64,000 bases of DNA from an uncultured virus (IMG/VR IMGVR_UViG_3300037804_000366) (lineage: Duplodnaviria; Heunggongvirae; Uroviricota; Caudoviricetes): IMG/VR virus record IMGVR_UViG_3300037804_000366, one strand, 5' to 3'. Every line of letters starts with the position of its first letter. Within the stretch, counting starts at the first letter, position 1. The notes beneath the pieces were generated by a model. The model ran no database searches, had not been told where the DNA came from, and saw only the letters and a program-made list of their open reading frames with translations. Both the position numbers and the translations under genes were made by a program. Of this stretch, positions 36,485-45,575 are shown in pieces.

Positions 36485-38202
36485 ACATAGTAGAAAAAAC
36501 TTTCAGACAGGCATGGAAGCCTGCTGATCGCAGAACTCCGTGGGAATGGGCTGAAGACAACTTTAGAGTTGCTGTCTCACCTTTCCCCGGAAATTGGAGA
36601 TCGGATAATTCTCCTTGGGTTCGTAAGTTTATGGAGGATTTCGCTGACAATAAAATAAAGCAAATCTCTATTATGTGTTCGGCGCAAAGCGCTAAAACCG
36701 AGACGATGCTCGCGCTTCTTAGTTGGTTGATATCGGAAGACCCCGGACCATGTATGTGGGTTACCTCAAATGAAGATGAGGCTTTAAAATTCGCGACTGA
36801 AAGATTAATGCCATCTATGCGCGCATGCAAACCAGTCGCGGAAAGGATTCCTAAATCTAATCGACTGGCAAAAAGTAGAGAAATTTATTTCCCCGGAATG
36901 ACTTTGGAAGTCGTGGGGTCGAATGCTCCATCTAAATTGCAGTCAAAACCTCGTAGGTGGCTATTGTTGGATGAGGTTAGAAACTGGCCAGCCGGCGCTC
37001 TGCCTATGGTTTTAAAGCGTACGCGAACTTTTTGGAACGCCCGGCAGGTTATTGTTTCTACTCCCGGCCATGAACATGACGCCGTGCATCAACAATACTT
37101 AATGGGCAACCAATACGTTTGGAACATAGATTGCGCGAAGTGCGGAAAACAACATCCCTTAAGTTGGGAGTACATGAAGTGGGATGTAAATGAAGACACA
37201 AAGCCTGATGGACAGTATAATTTTGATAAGCTGGCTACGAGTATAAGACTGGAATGTCCATTTTGTAATCACTCAACGCATGATTCGCCATTTGAAAGAA
37301 GAAAGCTTACAAAGGGTGAATGGGTTTCGATGAATCCATCCGCTCCTAAATCTAAAAAGTCTTACACATGGAATGCGTTGCTTCCAACTTGGGTGAGGTG
37401 GAGGGACTTAGTTGAGGAGTTTCTGTCTTCAAAAAAAGCTTTGAGCTGGGGAGATCCAGAACCTCTGAAAACTTTTATTACGGAAAGTTTGGGCCAACCT
37501 TGGGAAGATAGGTTAAAGTATAACGACAAGGATTGGTTACAGCAAAGAAAAGGAGAGTACGACCTTTTAGATAGACCTCCTCCAGACTATCGTAAGTTCT
37601 TATCTGCGGATGTGCAGAAAGATCGGCTATATTATGTATGTCGAGCTTTTGGGCCAAACGGAGCATCGCGCTTATTCGATTGCGGAGAAGTTCCAGATTT
37701 TGAAGACCTACGAGAAAAATGTAAAGAACTTGGTGTAGATCCAGATGACGTTATAATTGACTCTGGGTATAAGACTTCCGCGGTTTACCACGAAGTCATG
37801 CGTATGGATTACGCATGGAAACCAGCAAAAGGCGAAGACAGAGACAATGGCTACATGGTGGATGGGCTAAAGCAAGTATGGAAAGATAGTGATATTGATC
37901 CCGCTTTAGGAACTGTAGACCAAGGAAAGCTTAGACCTATAAAACTTTTTCTGTATTCCAACCCAAACATCAAGGATTTACTAAGCGAATATGTAAAAGG
38001 TATAGGGCCAGACTGGACAATACCTTCTAATATCGTACAGGACTACATCGCACAGATGAAGGCTGAGAGGAGGGAAGAGATTGTAAACGCCTATGGCGAA
38101 GTAAGATACAAGTGGGTCAATAAGCCTAGAAGACCCAACCACTATTACGACTGCGAATGCATGCTCGTAATGGGGGGCTTAGTTACTGGATGCTTAGGAT
38201 AA
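36481..38202 (+). CDS. terL: Terminase large subunit (lambda GpA family), non-canonical start
   Basis: SAQSAKTE Walker A variant, LLLDEV, VSTP, CxxC..CPFC, DVQ, DSG, NHYYDC; conserved EWA..PG.W..SPW lies upstream of ATG 36631. Confidence 0.9.
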   Translation: MNIVEKTFRQAWKPADRRTPWEWAEDNFRVAVSPFPGNWRSDNSPWVRKFMEDFADNKIKQISIMCSAQSAKTETMLALLSWLISEDPGPCMWVTSNEDEALKFATERLMPSMRACKPVAERIPKSNRLAKSREIYFPGMTLEVVGSNAPSKLQSKPRRWLLLDEVRNWPAGALPMVLKRTRTFWNARQVIVSTPGHEHDAVHQQYLMGNQYVWNIDCAKCGKQHPLSWEYMKWDVNEDTKPDGQYNFDKLATSIRLECPFCNHSTHDSPFERRKLTKGEWVSMNPSAPKSKKSYTWNALLPTWVRWRDLVEEFLSSKKALSWGDPEPLKTFITESLGQPWEDRLKYNDKDWLQQRKGEYDLLDRPPPDYRKFLSADVQKDRLYYVCRAFGPNGASRLFDCGEVPDFEDLREKCKELGVDPDDVIIDSGYKTSAVYHEVMRMDYAWKPAKGEDRDNGYMVDGLKQVWKDSDIDPALGTVDQGKLRPIKLFLYSNPNIKDLLSEYVKGIGPDWTIPSNIVQDYIAQMKAERREEIVNAYGEVRYKWVNKPRRPNHYYDCECMLVMGGLVTGCLG

Positions 38203-38706
38203 GACGTTTTCTAAGCTACGCTTTCTGGTTAAAAGACTTTCAAGCGCGCGAATAATAGCTCGTACTTGATCATCTCCCCAAGAATCAACCGGACTTTTTT
38301 CTGCGGCATCATCTAAAGCTTTTTCTATTTTCATACATAAGCCCGGAATGCTTTCTACTCTTTTATCTTTCGGTCTTTCCTTCTCCTCAAGCTCTCCCTT
38401 CTCATTGGTCTTTAAGGTAAGAAGAGCCTGACGAACGGAGTCAAAGTCTTCTAAATTAAGACCAGCCTCTACAAGCCCTGCCATCTTAATGTACTTATAG
38501 GCTGTCTTTCTCGTAAAAGGTAGGTTTTCTTCTACCCATTTATTAAAGCTCCCCTTTCGGGCGTCTCTTTCGTCTCTTAGTAAAAACCCAGCTTGCGCTA
38601 CGTCTTTGATTGAGTCGGTCATGGAATTCACCGCGCTCTCGTGGTAAGCCAAGATCCTGTTTACGTTGTTATTTATAATGGTGGCGTCTACGGTTATTGT
38701 TGTCAT
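38194..38706 (-). CDS. DUF3102-like protein
   Basis: GFLL....KGSFNKWVEENLPFTRKTAYKYIKMA. Confidence 0.7.
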   Translation of the reverse strand: MTTITVDATIINNNVNRILAYHESAVNSMTDSIKDVAQAGFLLRDERDARKGSFNKWVEENLPFTRKTAYKYIKMAGLVEAGLNLEDFDSVRQALLTLKTNEKGELEEKERPKDKRVESIPGLCMKIEKALDDAAEKSPVDSWGDDQVRAIIRALESLLTRKRSLENVLS

Positions 38707-38708
38707 GG

Positions 38709-39143
38709 TTATGTATTCTTTTTATTTAGTTGGATCTGTCGATACTTTTCGCATGCCGTTTTGCTTTTTTGACCACGAGTTGGCTCTAGCTGAAAAAGCT
38801 TTTGCATTTTTTTAATGGACTTACTAAGGGCTTGTTTCGTAACTCCATGTATTTGGGCGACTTGAGTTTGTGACTTACCCATAAACATAGGCAAGTCAAA
38901 AGCCATAACGAGTGTGGCTATCTTCAGCCTGTAATCAGTAGAGTCATATATTATTGAGATGATCTTACTGAGAGTGTCTTGAATTTCGTTTTGTATTTTA
39001 ACCCGAACGTAGTACTGGAGCATGGGGGGTAATTCTTCTAGTATATTATCACCATCTAGCTTGTCGTAGTCAAAGTCCAACTTGTCGTACGGAAAGTCTT
39101 CACTTGGCTCAAAGAATGAGTCGATATCATAATGCGTTGACAT
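38709..39143 (-). CDS. HTH DNA-binding protein
   Basis: KSQTQVAQIHGVTKQALSK. Confidence 0.7.
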   Translation of the reverse strand: MSTHYDIDSFFEPSEDFPYDKLDFDYDKLDGDNILEELPPMLQYYVRVKIQNEIQDTLSKIISIIYDSTDYRLKIATLVMAFDLPMFMGKSQTQVAQIHGVTKQALSKSIKKMQKLFQLEPTRGQKSKTACEKYRQIQLNKKNT

Positions 39144-39156
39144 CACATAGTATTGT

Positions 39157-39450
39157 ATGCCGACGTATAACTGGAAAATAATATACAGAGACTATACATC
39201 TGAAGAATTGGTTGCCGAGAAAGATTTTTTGAAAAAAGAATCACAAAATATTTTCTTATCACAAGCTGTGGGGTCTAAAAATTACCAAAGGTCAATCACG
39301 ACGATAGAGGAGCGGTTGAGGGCGATAACGGAAATTCTACGAGAGCGTGGAAACAAGGATTATCAGGAGTCAAGTTATGTTGACTTCTCAGGCACGGGTG
39401 ATTCATTAAATATATTCGCAAACAGAAATAGTAATGATGGAATCGAATAA
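39157..39450 (+). CDS. gpW-like head completion protein
   Basis: Small helix-hairpin-helix pattern between terL and portal. Confidence 0.55.
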   Translation: MPTYNWKIIYRDYTSEELVAEKDFLKKESQNIFLSQAVGSKNYQRSITTIEERLRAITEILRERGNKDYQESSYVDFSGTGDSLNIFANRNSNDGIE

Positions 39451-41011
39451 AAAGACAACGTTTTTTGAAAAAGCCATAGGATTTATATCTCCTGAGTATG
39501 CATTAAAAAGAGCGCATTATAAAGACCTATTGGAGTTCTCATATGATGCCGCGAATCCGGGTCGTACGGGAAAAAGCCTGCCATCAATAACGACAAACTC
39601 ATCATCGGAGTCTCTTTCTAATCAAAGAGATAGAATTAAGTTGATGAGTGAGGCTCGTAATCTTGTTCAAAACTATAGTTTTTTTAAAAGCATTTTGAAT
39701 AAAGAGTCAATGTATGTTTGCGGCCAAGTTAAATATCAGGCTGGGACTGGTGATCCATATACGGACAATGTTTATGAGCAGTACTGGAATGCTTGGACTA
39801 AGAAATGTGACATTACTGGAAGACATAGCTTTCGTCAATTGGTTCAGCTTGCCCATATGAGCATGCGAAGAGATGGTGATTTTGCCTTTCTTTTGGTTAA
39901 CGTAAAAGACCAGCTCAAGCTACAATCTATTGAAGCTGACAGAATTGGACATCCCCACGAAGCCAGCAAGCCTAAGGAGAATTATATATCTGGAGTAAAG
40001 CTTGATGACTATGGAGCGCCAGTTTCATACAAAGTGTTTCGCAGATCTATACATGGTCAATATACGAATGGAACTGATATTCCATCTAAAGTATTTATAC
40101 ATTACTTCGATCCACTCAGAGCTGATCAATATAGAGGCGTAACGGCATTTGAAACAGCTATCCCGCATGCGCGAGACTTGTATGAACTTCTCGCGATGGA
40201 GAAGCAAGCCGTAAAATGGGCGGCCTCACACGCAGGTGTTATTACTAAAACGGATCAAGGGCCAGACAAATGGGCGTCTAAGGTAAGTAGAGATACTGAA
40301 AATAAAAAGTTGGAAAAGGTTGACCCCGGAAAAATCGTAAGGTTGCAACCCGGCGAGTCTATCACGCCATTTCAAACTATGAATCGCCCAAGTCCCACTT
40401 TCAACGGGTTTGTCGCGACACTCGTAAGAGAAATGGCTAATGGATTAAATTTGCCATATGCATTCGTTTGGGATATGACTCAGTTTGGCGGAGTTACTGC
40501 GAGGCTAGAGGTTGAACAAGCCAGAAGAGCATTTGACAAGCATCAGCAAAATTTAATTGAAAGAGTATTAGACCCAATCAAAAATGCGGTAATCCGACGA
40601 GCAATCGCGCGTGGCGAATTGCCAATGACTCCAAACAAGCCCAATGCATACAAAAATGGTCGCTGGCAATTTGGGTCATACATAACTGCGGATTTGGGTA
40701 ATGAAGTTAATGCTAATATTTCTCTCATTCAAAATGGTTTAAAAACACATCAAGCTTGCTATGGTGAGCTTGGCTTGGACTTTGAAGAAGAGGCTACGAA
40801 AATAGCTAAAGAGGTGCAATTCCTAAACGGGCTTGCGGCACAGTATGGAATACCTATTGAGCTAATCAATAATAGGCTACAAAATGGCACGCAGATGATT
40901 TCGCAGTATCAGCAAATGATTGCACAGCAACAACAAGCCGAGCAACAACAAACTGCGCAAGGTGGCGAGATGCAGCAACAGCAACAAGCTCAACAGCAAC
41001 AAGCTCAATAA
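39434..41011 (+). CDS. Portal protein, lambda family (Gln-rich tail)
   Basis: YDAA, R.L..N, DGD, IEADRI, QYRGV, LQPGESI; LLEF near the N-terminus. Confidence 0.9.
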   Translation: MMESNKKTTFFEKAIGFISPEYALKRAHYKDLLEFSYDAANPGRTGKSLPSITTNSSSESLSNQRDRIKLMSEARNLVQNYSFFKSILNKESMYVCGQVKYQAGTGDPYTDNVYEQYWNAWTKKCDITGRHSFRQLVQLAHMSMRRDGDFAFLLVNVKDQLKLQSIEADRIGHPHEASKPKENYISGVKLDDYGAPVSYKVFRRSIHGQYTNGTDIPSKVFIHYFDPLRADQYRGVTAFETAIPHARDLYELLAMEKQAVKWAASHAGVITKTDQGPDKWASKVSRDTENKKLEKVDPGKIVRLQPGESITPFQTMNRPSPTFNGFVATLVREMANGLNLPYAFVWDMTQFGGVTARLEVEQARRAFDKHQQNLIERVLDPIKNAVIRRAIARGELPMTPNKPNAYKNGRWQFGSYITADLGNEVNANISLIQNGLKTHQACYGELGLDFEEEATKIAKEVQFLNGLAAQYGIPIELINNRLQNGTQMISQYQQMIAQQQQAEQQQTAQGGEMQQQQQAQQQQAQ

Positions 41012-42694
41012 ATGAAGGGCATGTCAAAATACATTCGTGATTTTTTCACGAAGAAAGGCCGAATGGGTCAACTGTCAGATAAGGGTTTGGAAAAGTATCC
41101 ATTGCATCCTTACTACACGGGTGGCGGAGGAGCTACTGGATTGCCCGGCGCATTAGCAGTGGGAGGAGGCTTTGCGGTTGGTAAAGTAGCTTTTAACAAG
41201 GATGATGATGAGGCTACGATTAGGGAAAAATGGAAACAGTTGGGCAATAAGAAAAATCAATCAGGAGAATATACGCATCCCGATATTGCTCAATTATACA
41301 AGCAAGATGTAGATAACAAAATAAAGACTTCTGAGATTATTAAACAATCGCAAAAAGAAAGCGCGCGTTTAGAGGCTCAAAAAGACCCCGGCTTTACGGA
41401 GTCAGAAATTGAGCAAGAACAAAGAAAGGATACAGGAACTACTGGACACAGAGGTACAGAAAAAGACTTAAGCACTACAAGAAAAGCACGAATAGATAGA
41501 AAATTCGGAAAGTTTGCCAGCACTAAGAAACTTCAAGATTTTAAAGAAAGTATAGATGACAAATTTCGCGTATATTACCACAATGGAAAAGTAGAGAAAA
41601 TATATGATGACAGCGAAGAGGATGAAAATGGAAACCCAGCCGAAGCACCCAAGTGGATAGTTAAAAGGTATAGAACTGCAGTTAATATGCAGAACAGCAG
41701 AGATAAAAGTGGAGTTGGTGACGTTTCAGGTTCTACAGACTCTAAAGGCGCATGGGGGGGTTTTACTCATTCGGAAAAAGCTCAAGTTACAAGACTTGTA
41801 GATGCCGCATTAGGGCCAAAGGCTAGTGCGAAAGATAGAGAGTTGGCTGCGAAAAGGTTTGGGCCTTCCGTAAAACAAATGATAGAGAATGGGAATTCTC
41901 CAGAAGACATTGATAGAGCCATTGGCAATATGGTAGAGCGGGAAGACCTTGATCGTAATAGACGAGAAACTGCAGCCAAGTCGGCTTTAACTAAGAAAAA
42001 AACTAAGGCTGGCAAAAGAGAAAATCGTAATGCTGGATTAGTACAAACAGGAGTTGATGCTGATGGAAATCCAACAAGAACGAATGTATCGGATCAAGAA
42101 GCAGAAGCGGATGCAAAAGCAGAAGCGGTAAACAAAAACAGTATTGCCGTGGAGCAAGCTAGAAGACAAAGAGAAGCTGGCATACAAGGAGTCGTGCAGG
42201 GAGGTGGAGGAAGTCCCACCGTAAAGCAATTAAAAGAAGAGTTAAAAGCGAAAGGTTTGCGAGTATCTGGGAAGAAAGAAGACTTAGTAGAGCGACTGAG
42301 AAAAGCACAGGGTGGTCAAGGTGGTCAAGGTACGGACGATAAAGATCCTACAGGGGGTAAGCCAATAAAAATGGGATTGCCGTACTTGAATGAAATATTT
42401 GAATTTGATAAAAAAGAAAAGAAAAGAAAGATAATAGGGACAACTGCTGGCGCGACCATAGGGGGCTTGGCTGCGGCAAGTAGGCATAGAGATTGGCGCT
42501 TATATGATGCTCTTGAAAAGCTTGAAGGTAGACAACTCGCGCCTAAGCATAAGTTAAAAGCAAATTTAAGATTACATGGAGGAAGTCTAGCAAGATTGGG
42601 TGGAGGAGCTTTAATTGGTTATGGGATAGCCCATGCGATTAATAAAAAGAAAAGAAAAGATGCAATACGATCAATACAGAGAAGCAAGAGCTAA
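41012..42694 (+). CDS. EF-tag family protein with SAP domain and Gly zippers
   Basis: TVKQLKEELKAKGLRVSGKKEDLVERL; YLNEIFEF. Confidence 0.7.
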   Translation: MKGMSKYIRDFFTKKGRMGQLSDKGLEKYPLHPYYTGGGGATGLPGALAVGGGFAVGKVAFNKDDDEATIREKWKQLGNKKNQSGEYTHPDIAQLYKQDVDNKIKTSEIIKQSQKESARLEAQKDPGFTESEIEQEQRKDTGTTGHRGTEKDLSTTRKARIDRKFGKFASTKKLQDFKESIDDKFRVYYHNGKVEKIYDDSEEDENGNPAEAPKWIVKRYRTAVNMQNSRDKSGVGDVSGSTDSKGAWGGFTHSEKAQVTRLVDAALGPKASAKDRELAAKRFGPSVKQMIENGNSPEDIDRAIGNMVEREDLDRNRRETAAKSALTKKKTKAGKRENRNAGLVQTGVDADGNPTRTNVSDQEAEADAKAEAVNKNSIAVEQARRQREAGIQGVVQGGGGSPTVKQLKEELKAKGLRVSGKKEDLVERLRKAQGGQGGQGTDDKDPTGGKPIKMGLPYLNEIFEFDKKEKKRKIIGTTAGATIGGLAAASRHRDWRLYDALEKLEGRQLAPKHKLKANLRLHGGSLARLGGGALIGYGIAHAINKKKRKDAIRSIQRSKS

Positions 42695-43349
42695 TTACAA
42701 TAAAGCTAAGTTAATCGTAGCAAAAGCCCGAAAGGGCGGGGAGGCTGCGAAGGATGTAGCTGAAGCTGTAAAAGGTGTTAGGGACAACAAGCGCAAAAAG
42801 CGTTTCTGGGAAAAGAAGCCATTTCAAAACGCAGTCGCGGCTGCGGCAATAATGGCGGGAACTGGCGCGACTCTTAAATATGGCCCGAAGCTTGCGGAAA
42901 AAGTTCTTTTAGCAAATAGAGCTAGAAACATACACTTGCGTAAAATGGGTCATAATATAATTGATCTTGATGATTTTAACGTAGATATAGAGCTAGATGA
43001 GTTAGATGATGCTCGTGAAGCTGGATGGCAGGTACGCAATCCTACGAGTAGTAGCATTAAAATACAGAGAAGCGGTAGGCGCAAACGAGAACGCAGGAAG
43101 AAAACTACTTCAGAAACCGTAGGCTTTAAAAATAAACTAATCGCTGGCTTGGGGGCTGGATTAGTAGGTACTGCAGGCTTGGGAGCGTATTTAGCTATGC
43201 TGACTAGAAAGCGTGGAAAGCTCCTGAAAGCTTCTGGAACAAAAACTAACCTTAAACCAACTTTGACAAAAGGGGAAAAAGCACTTCTTGAGCAAGCTGA
43301 AGGCAGGGGTAAATTTGTCCCCTTCAAGAAAGATGGAACAGACGACTAA
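42660..43349 (+). CDS. Basic protein of same family (acidic linker IIDLDDF..IELDELDD)
   Basis: K/R-rich with two Gly/Ala-rich helices. Confidence 0.65.
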   Translation: MQYDQYREARANYNKAKLIVAKARKGGEAAKDVAEAVKGVRDNKRKKRFWEKKPFQNAVAAAAIMAGTGATLKYGPKLAEKVLLANRARNIHLRKMGHNIIDLDDFNVDIELDELDDAREAGWQVRNPTSSSIKIQRSGRRKRERRKKTTSETVGFKNKLIAGLGAGLVGTAGLGAYLAMLTRKRGKLLKASGTKTNLKPTLTKGEKALLEQAEGRGKFVPFKKDGTDD

Positions 43350-44056
43350 TGAGCCGCAAACCTACAGATAAAGAAAGAAAAGAGATACGCAATATCGCTA
43401 TTGGCGGAACTGCGGCTGCAACACTCGGCGCTGGTGGAGCGTATGTAACGTCTGCAAGAAATAAGCAAAAAGAAATCGCGGCTGATAAAATGGTAAAAGA
43501 ATACCACCGCAGATTGCAGACTGGTCATGATAGTTCAGAGTTTAAGCCACCAAAGCACATACAGGGAAAACGCAAGGGGCAACCATATGGAAAGGATTCA
43601 GATACGTATAAAAATGCACATGAAGCATGGAAGCGTGGAAAGTTTACGAGAGATGGTAAAATAAAAAAAGTCATGGAAGTTCCGGGCTTAAAAAAGAAGT
43701 ATTCAAGGTATGCGAAAAAAGTAGCCAAGCTCACGGGTACTAAATGGGTAGAAAAGCCGAGAATGGGTATAGATGAAAAGACCTTGGAAAAAGTACAAGT
43801 AGGACAAAGAGGAAGACAGTTTAAAGCTAAAGGACTTGTGAGCCTATTAGGACTTTTCCCACGAGCGAGCTTGCGTAATAAGAATTTAATAGGTAAATTG
43901 GCTTTGAAGTCTCAAAAATATACTGGAAAGAGTCGAGGGGGTAGAGGGACAGTTGGTGGACTAACTTATTCTGGAAAAAAACAAAATCTTAGTAAAAAAG
44001 ATCGCGTAGGCGACCCCACGGGTAAATGGAAAGAGTGGGAAGGAAATAGGAACTAA
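43349..44056 (+). CDS. Basic protein with Gly-rich helix
   Basis: IAIGGTAAATLGAGGAYV. Confidence 0.65.
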   Translation: MSRKPTDKERKEIRNIAIGGTAAATLGAGGAYVTSARNKQKEIAADKMVKEYHRRLQTGHDSSEFKPPKHIQGKRKGQPYGKDSDTYKNAHEAWKRGKFTRDGKIKKVMEVPGLKKKYSRYAKKVAKLTGTKWVEKPRMGIDEKTLEKVQVGQRGRQFKAKGLVSLLGLFPRASLRNKNLIGKLALKSQKYTGKSRGGRGTVGGLTYSGKKQNLSKKDRVGDPTGKWKEWEGNRN

Positions 44057-44058
44057 TA

Positions 44059-45162
44059 ATGGAAGCAGTAACATATTTTAATAGCTTTAATAAAGGCCAG
44101 TTCGATACGGAGTCTGGTCTAATTAAAGGAGTCAGCTTAATAACGAAAGGCACTGCCAAAGGTCACGACTTAGTTGTAGATGATACGACGCTCAGTCAAT
44201 TGGAGGCTTCGCTAAATAATGCGAAAGAACCGGGAGTAAAGGCAAAGCTTAACCACAGGACTGGCGTGGAGGCTATATTTGGTCACGTAAATAATATACA
44301 CAGGTGTGGAGAGAAGCTTAAAGGTGACCTGCATTTGTTAAAAACGCATAAGGATTATGACCACACGATAGAATTGCTTGAAACTATGCCAAGTCAAATT
44401 GGTCTTTCAGTAGCATTTCAGGGAGACAAAGAAGTCGGTGCGGATGGAAGAGTGTTTGCGAGATGTAAAAACATAGTCTCAGTAGATTTAGTAACCGATC
44501 CAGCGGCCAATCCCGATGGATTATTTGAAGCAAAAGTTGACAACATTAACTTAGATATGGACGACGAAAATAACGAATCGAACATCGAAGACCGCTTGGC
44601 GGAAATCGAAGGGTTTCAAAGCGACCTCGCAGAAGCCATAGAAGAAGCCGCAGCTTTGGATGAGATGGAAGAAGCTGGTGGCGAGGACTATGACTACGAA
44701 GACGAGGACTATTCCGAGGAGTATGACGACTCTGGTGAGTATGACGACTCAGAAGAGCTGGTAGGAGCGGAGGCAATGGAGTACTCTGAGCCATCCAGCG
44801 TCGAAGAAGTCATGCAGTATTTTGAAGAAAAAGCACAAGGCGCACTAGAGGCCGAGCGAAACATTCGTGAAGAGCATCAGTTTAGTCGTGTGAACGACAA
44901 AGTTGATGGACTTATCGAGTTTGCTAAGGAGCTTGAAGAAGAAAACGAACTTCTTCGTGAAGCACTAGAAGAGTCTGGTGTCGCACCACTTACGCCGGGT
45001 AAGGGTGAGCTTTTCGGATTTGAAGCAAATGAAGGTACTTTTGAGTTTCAGGTGCAGAACGCTGATGCCAAGAACAAGCCTGATGCTATTCGTAACGCCA
45101 TCGAGACTGACCCACGTGGTCATCGTGAGTGGCTTATTCAGCAAGGAGTTTTCTCTAACTAA
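44059..45162 (+). CDS. Prohead protease with C-terminal acidic scaffold
   Basis: LNH, GLSV, SVDLVTDPAANPDGLF (herpes/HK97-fold serine protease-like); acidic coiled-coil tail. Confidence 0.8.
   Translation: MEAVTYFNSFNKGQFDTESGLIKGVSLITKGTAKGHDLVVDDTTLSQLEASLNNAKEPGVKAKLNHRTGVEAIFGHVNNIHRCGEKLKGDLHLLKTHKDYDHTIELLETMPSQIGLSVAFQGDKEVGADGRVFARCKNIVSVDLVTDPAANPDGLFEAKVDNINLDMDDENNESNIEDRLAEIEGFQSDLAEAIEEAAALDEMEEAGGEDYDYEDEDYSEEYDDSGEYDDSEELVGAEAMEYSEPSSVEEVMQYFEEKAQGALEAERNIREEHQFSRVNDKVDGLIEFAKELEEENELLREALEESGVAPLTPGKGELFGFEANEGTFEFQVQNADAKNKPDAIRNAIETDPRGHREWLIQQGVFSN
44557..45162 (+). CDS. Nested in-frame scaffold protein (Nu3-like)
   Basis: Internal ATG 14 nt after TTGACA (44537), immediately after the protease domain. 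Confidence 0.6.
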   Translation: MDDENNESNIEDRLAEIEGFQSDLAEAIEEAAALDEMEEAGGEDYDYEDEDYSEEYDDSGEYDDSEELVGAEAMEYSEPSSVEEVMQYFEEKAQGALEAERNIREEHQFSRVNDKVDGLIEFAKELEEENELLREALEESGVAPLTPGKGELFGFEANEGTFEFQVQNADAKNKPDAIRNAIETDPRGHREWLIQQGVFSN

Positions 45163-45178
45163 AGGAGTTTAAAATATT

Positions 45179-45556
45179 ATGAATCATAACGGAGTAATTT
45201 CTTTACCATTAAAGACGGGAGAAACTTTGGTAGCTGGTGAAGCTATTGAAATTCACAACAACTCTCAAGTCCCTGAAGCTAAGTCAAACACTAATATTGA
45301 TAAAGCCATTGGCGTCATACTACAAGATGCCAAACAAGCTGATTCTAATTTGCCTGCAGCTGTTCAACTATATAGTGCTGGTGGTTGTGCCCTTGCTCTT
45401 ATGGTTGGCGCTTGTAACGTGGGTGATGTGATTTACGTCGGTACGTCTGGAAAGCATACTGCTTCCAAGGGGTCAAACAAAGCCATCGGGGTCGCCTTAG
45501 AAGAATCTACCGGCGCAGACGATGTCGTTCGTGTAGCTCTAGGGTTTGCCGTTTAA
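45179..45556 (+). CDS. Capsid cement/decoration protein (DUF2190-like)
   Basis: AIGV..., GDVIY, IGVALE...DDVVRV; between scaffold and MCP. Confidence 0.7.
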   Translation: MNHNGVISLPLKTGETLVAGEAIEIHNNSQVPEAKSNTNIDKAIGVILQDAKQADSNLPAAVQLYSAGGCALALMVGACNVGDVIYVGTSGKHTASKGSNKAIGVALEESTGADDVVRVALGFAV

Positions 45557-45575
45557 TTTGAAAGGATAATTTATC

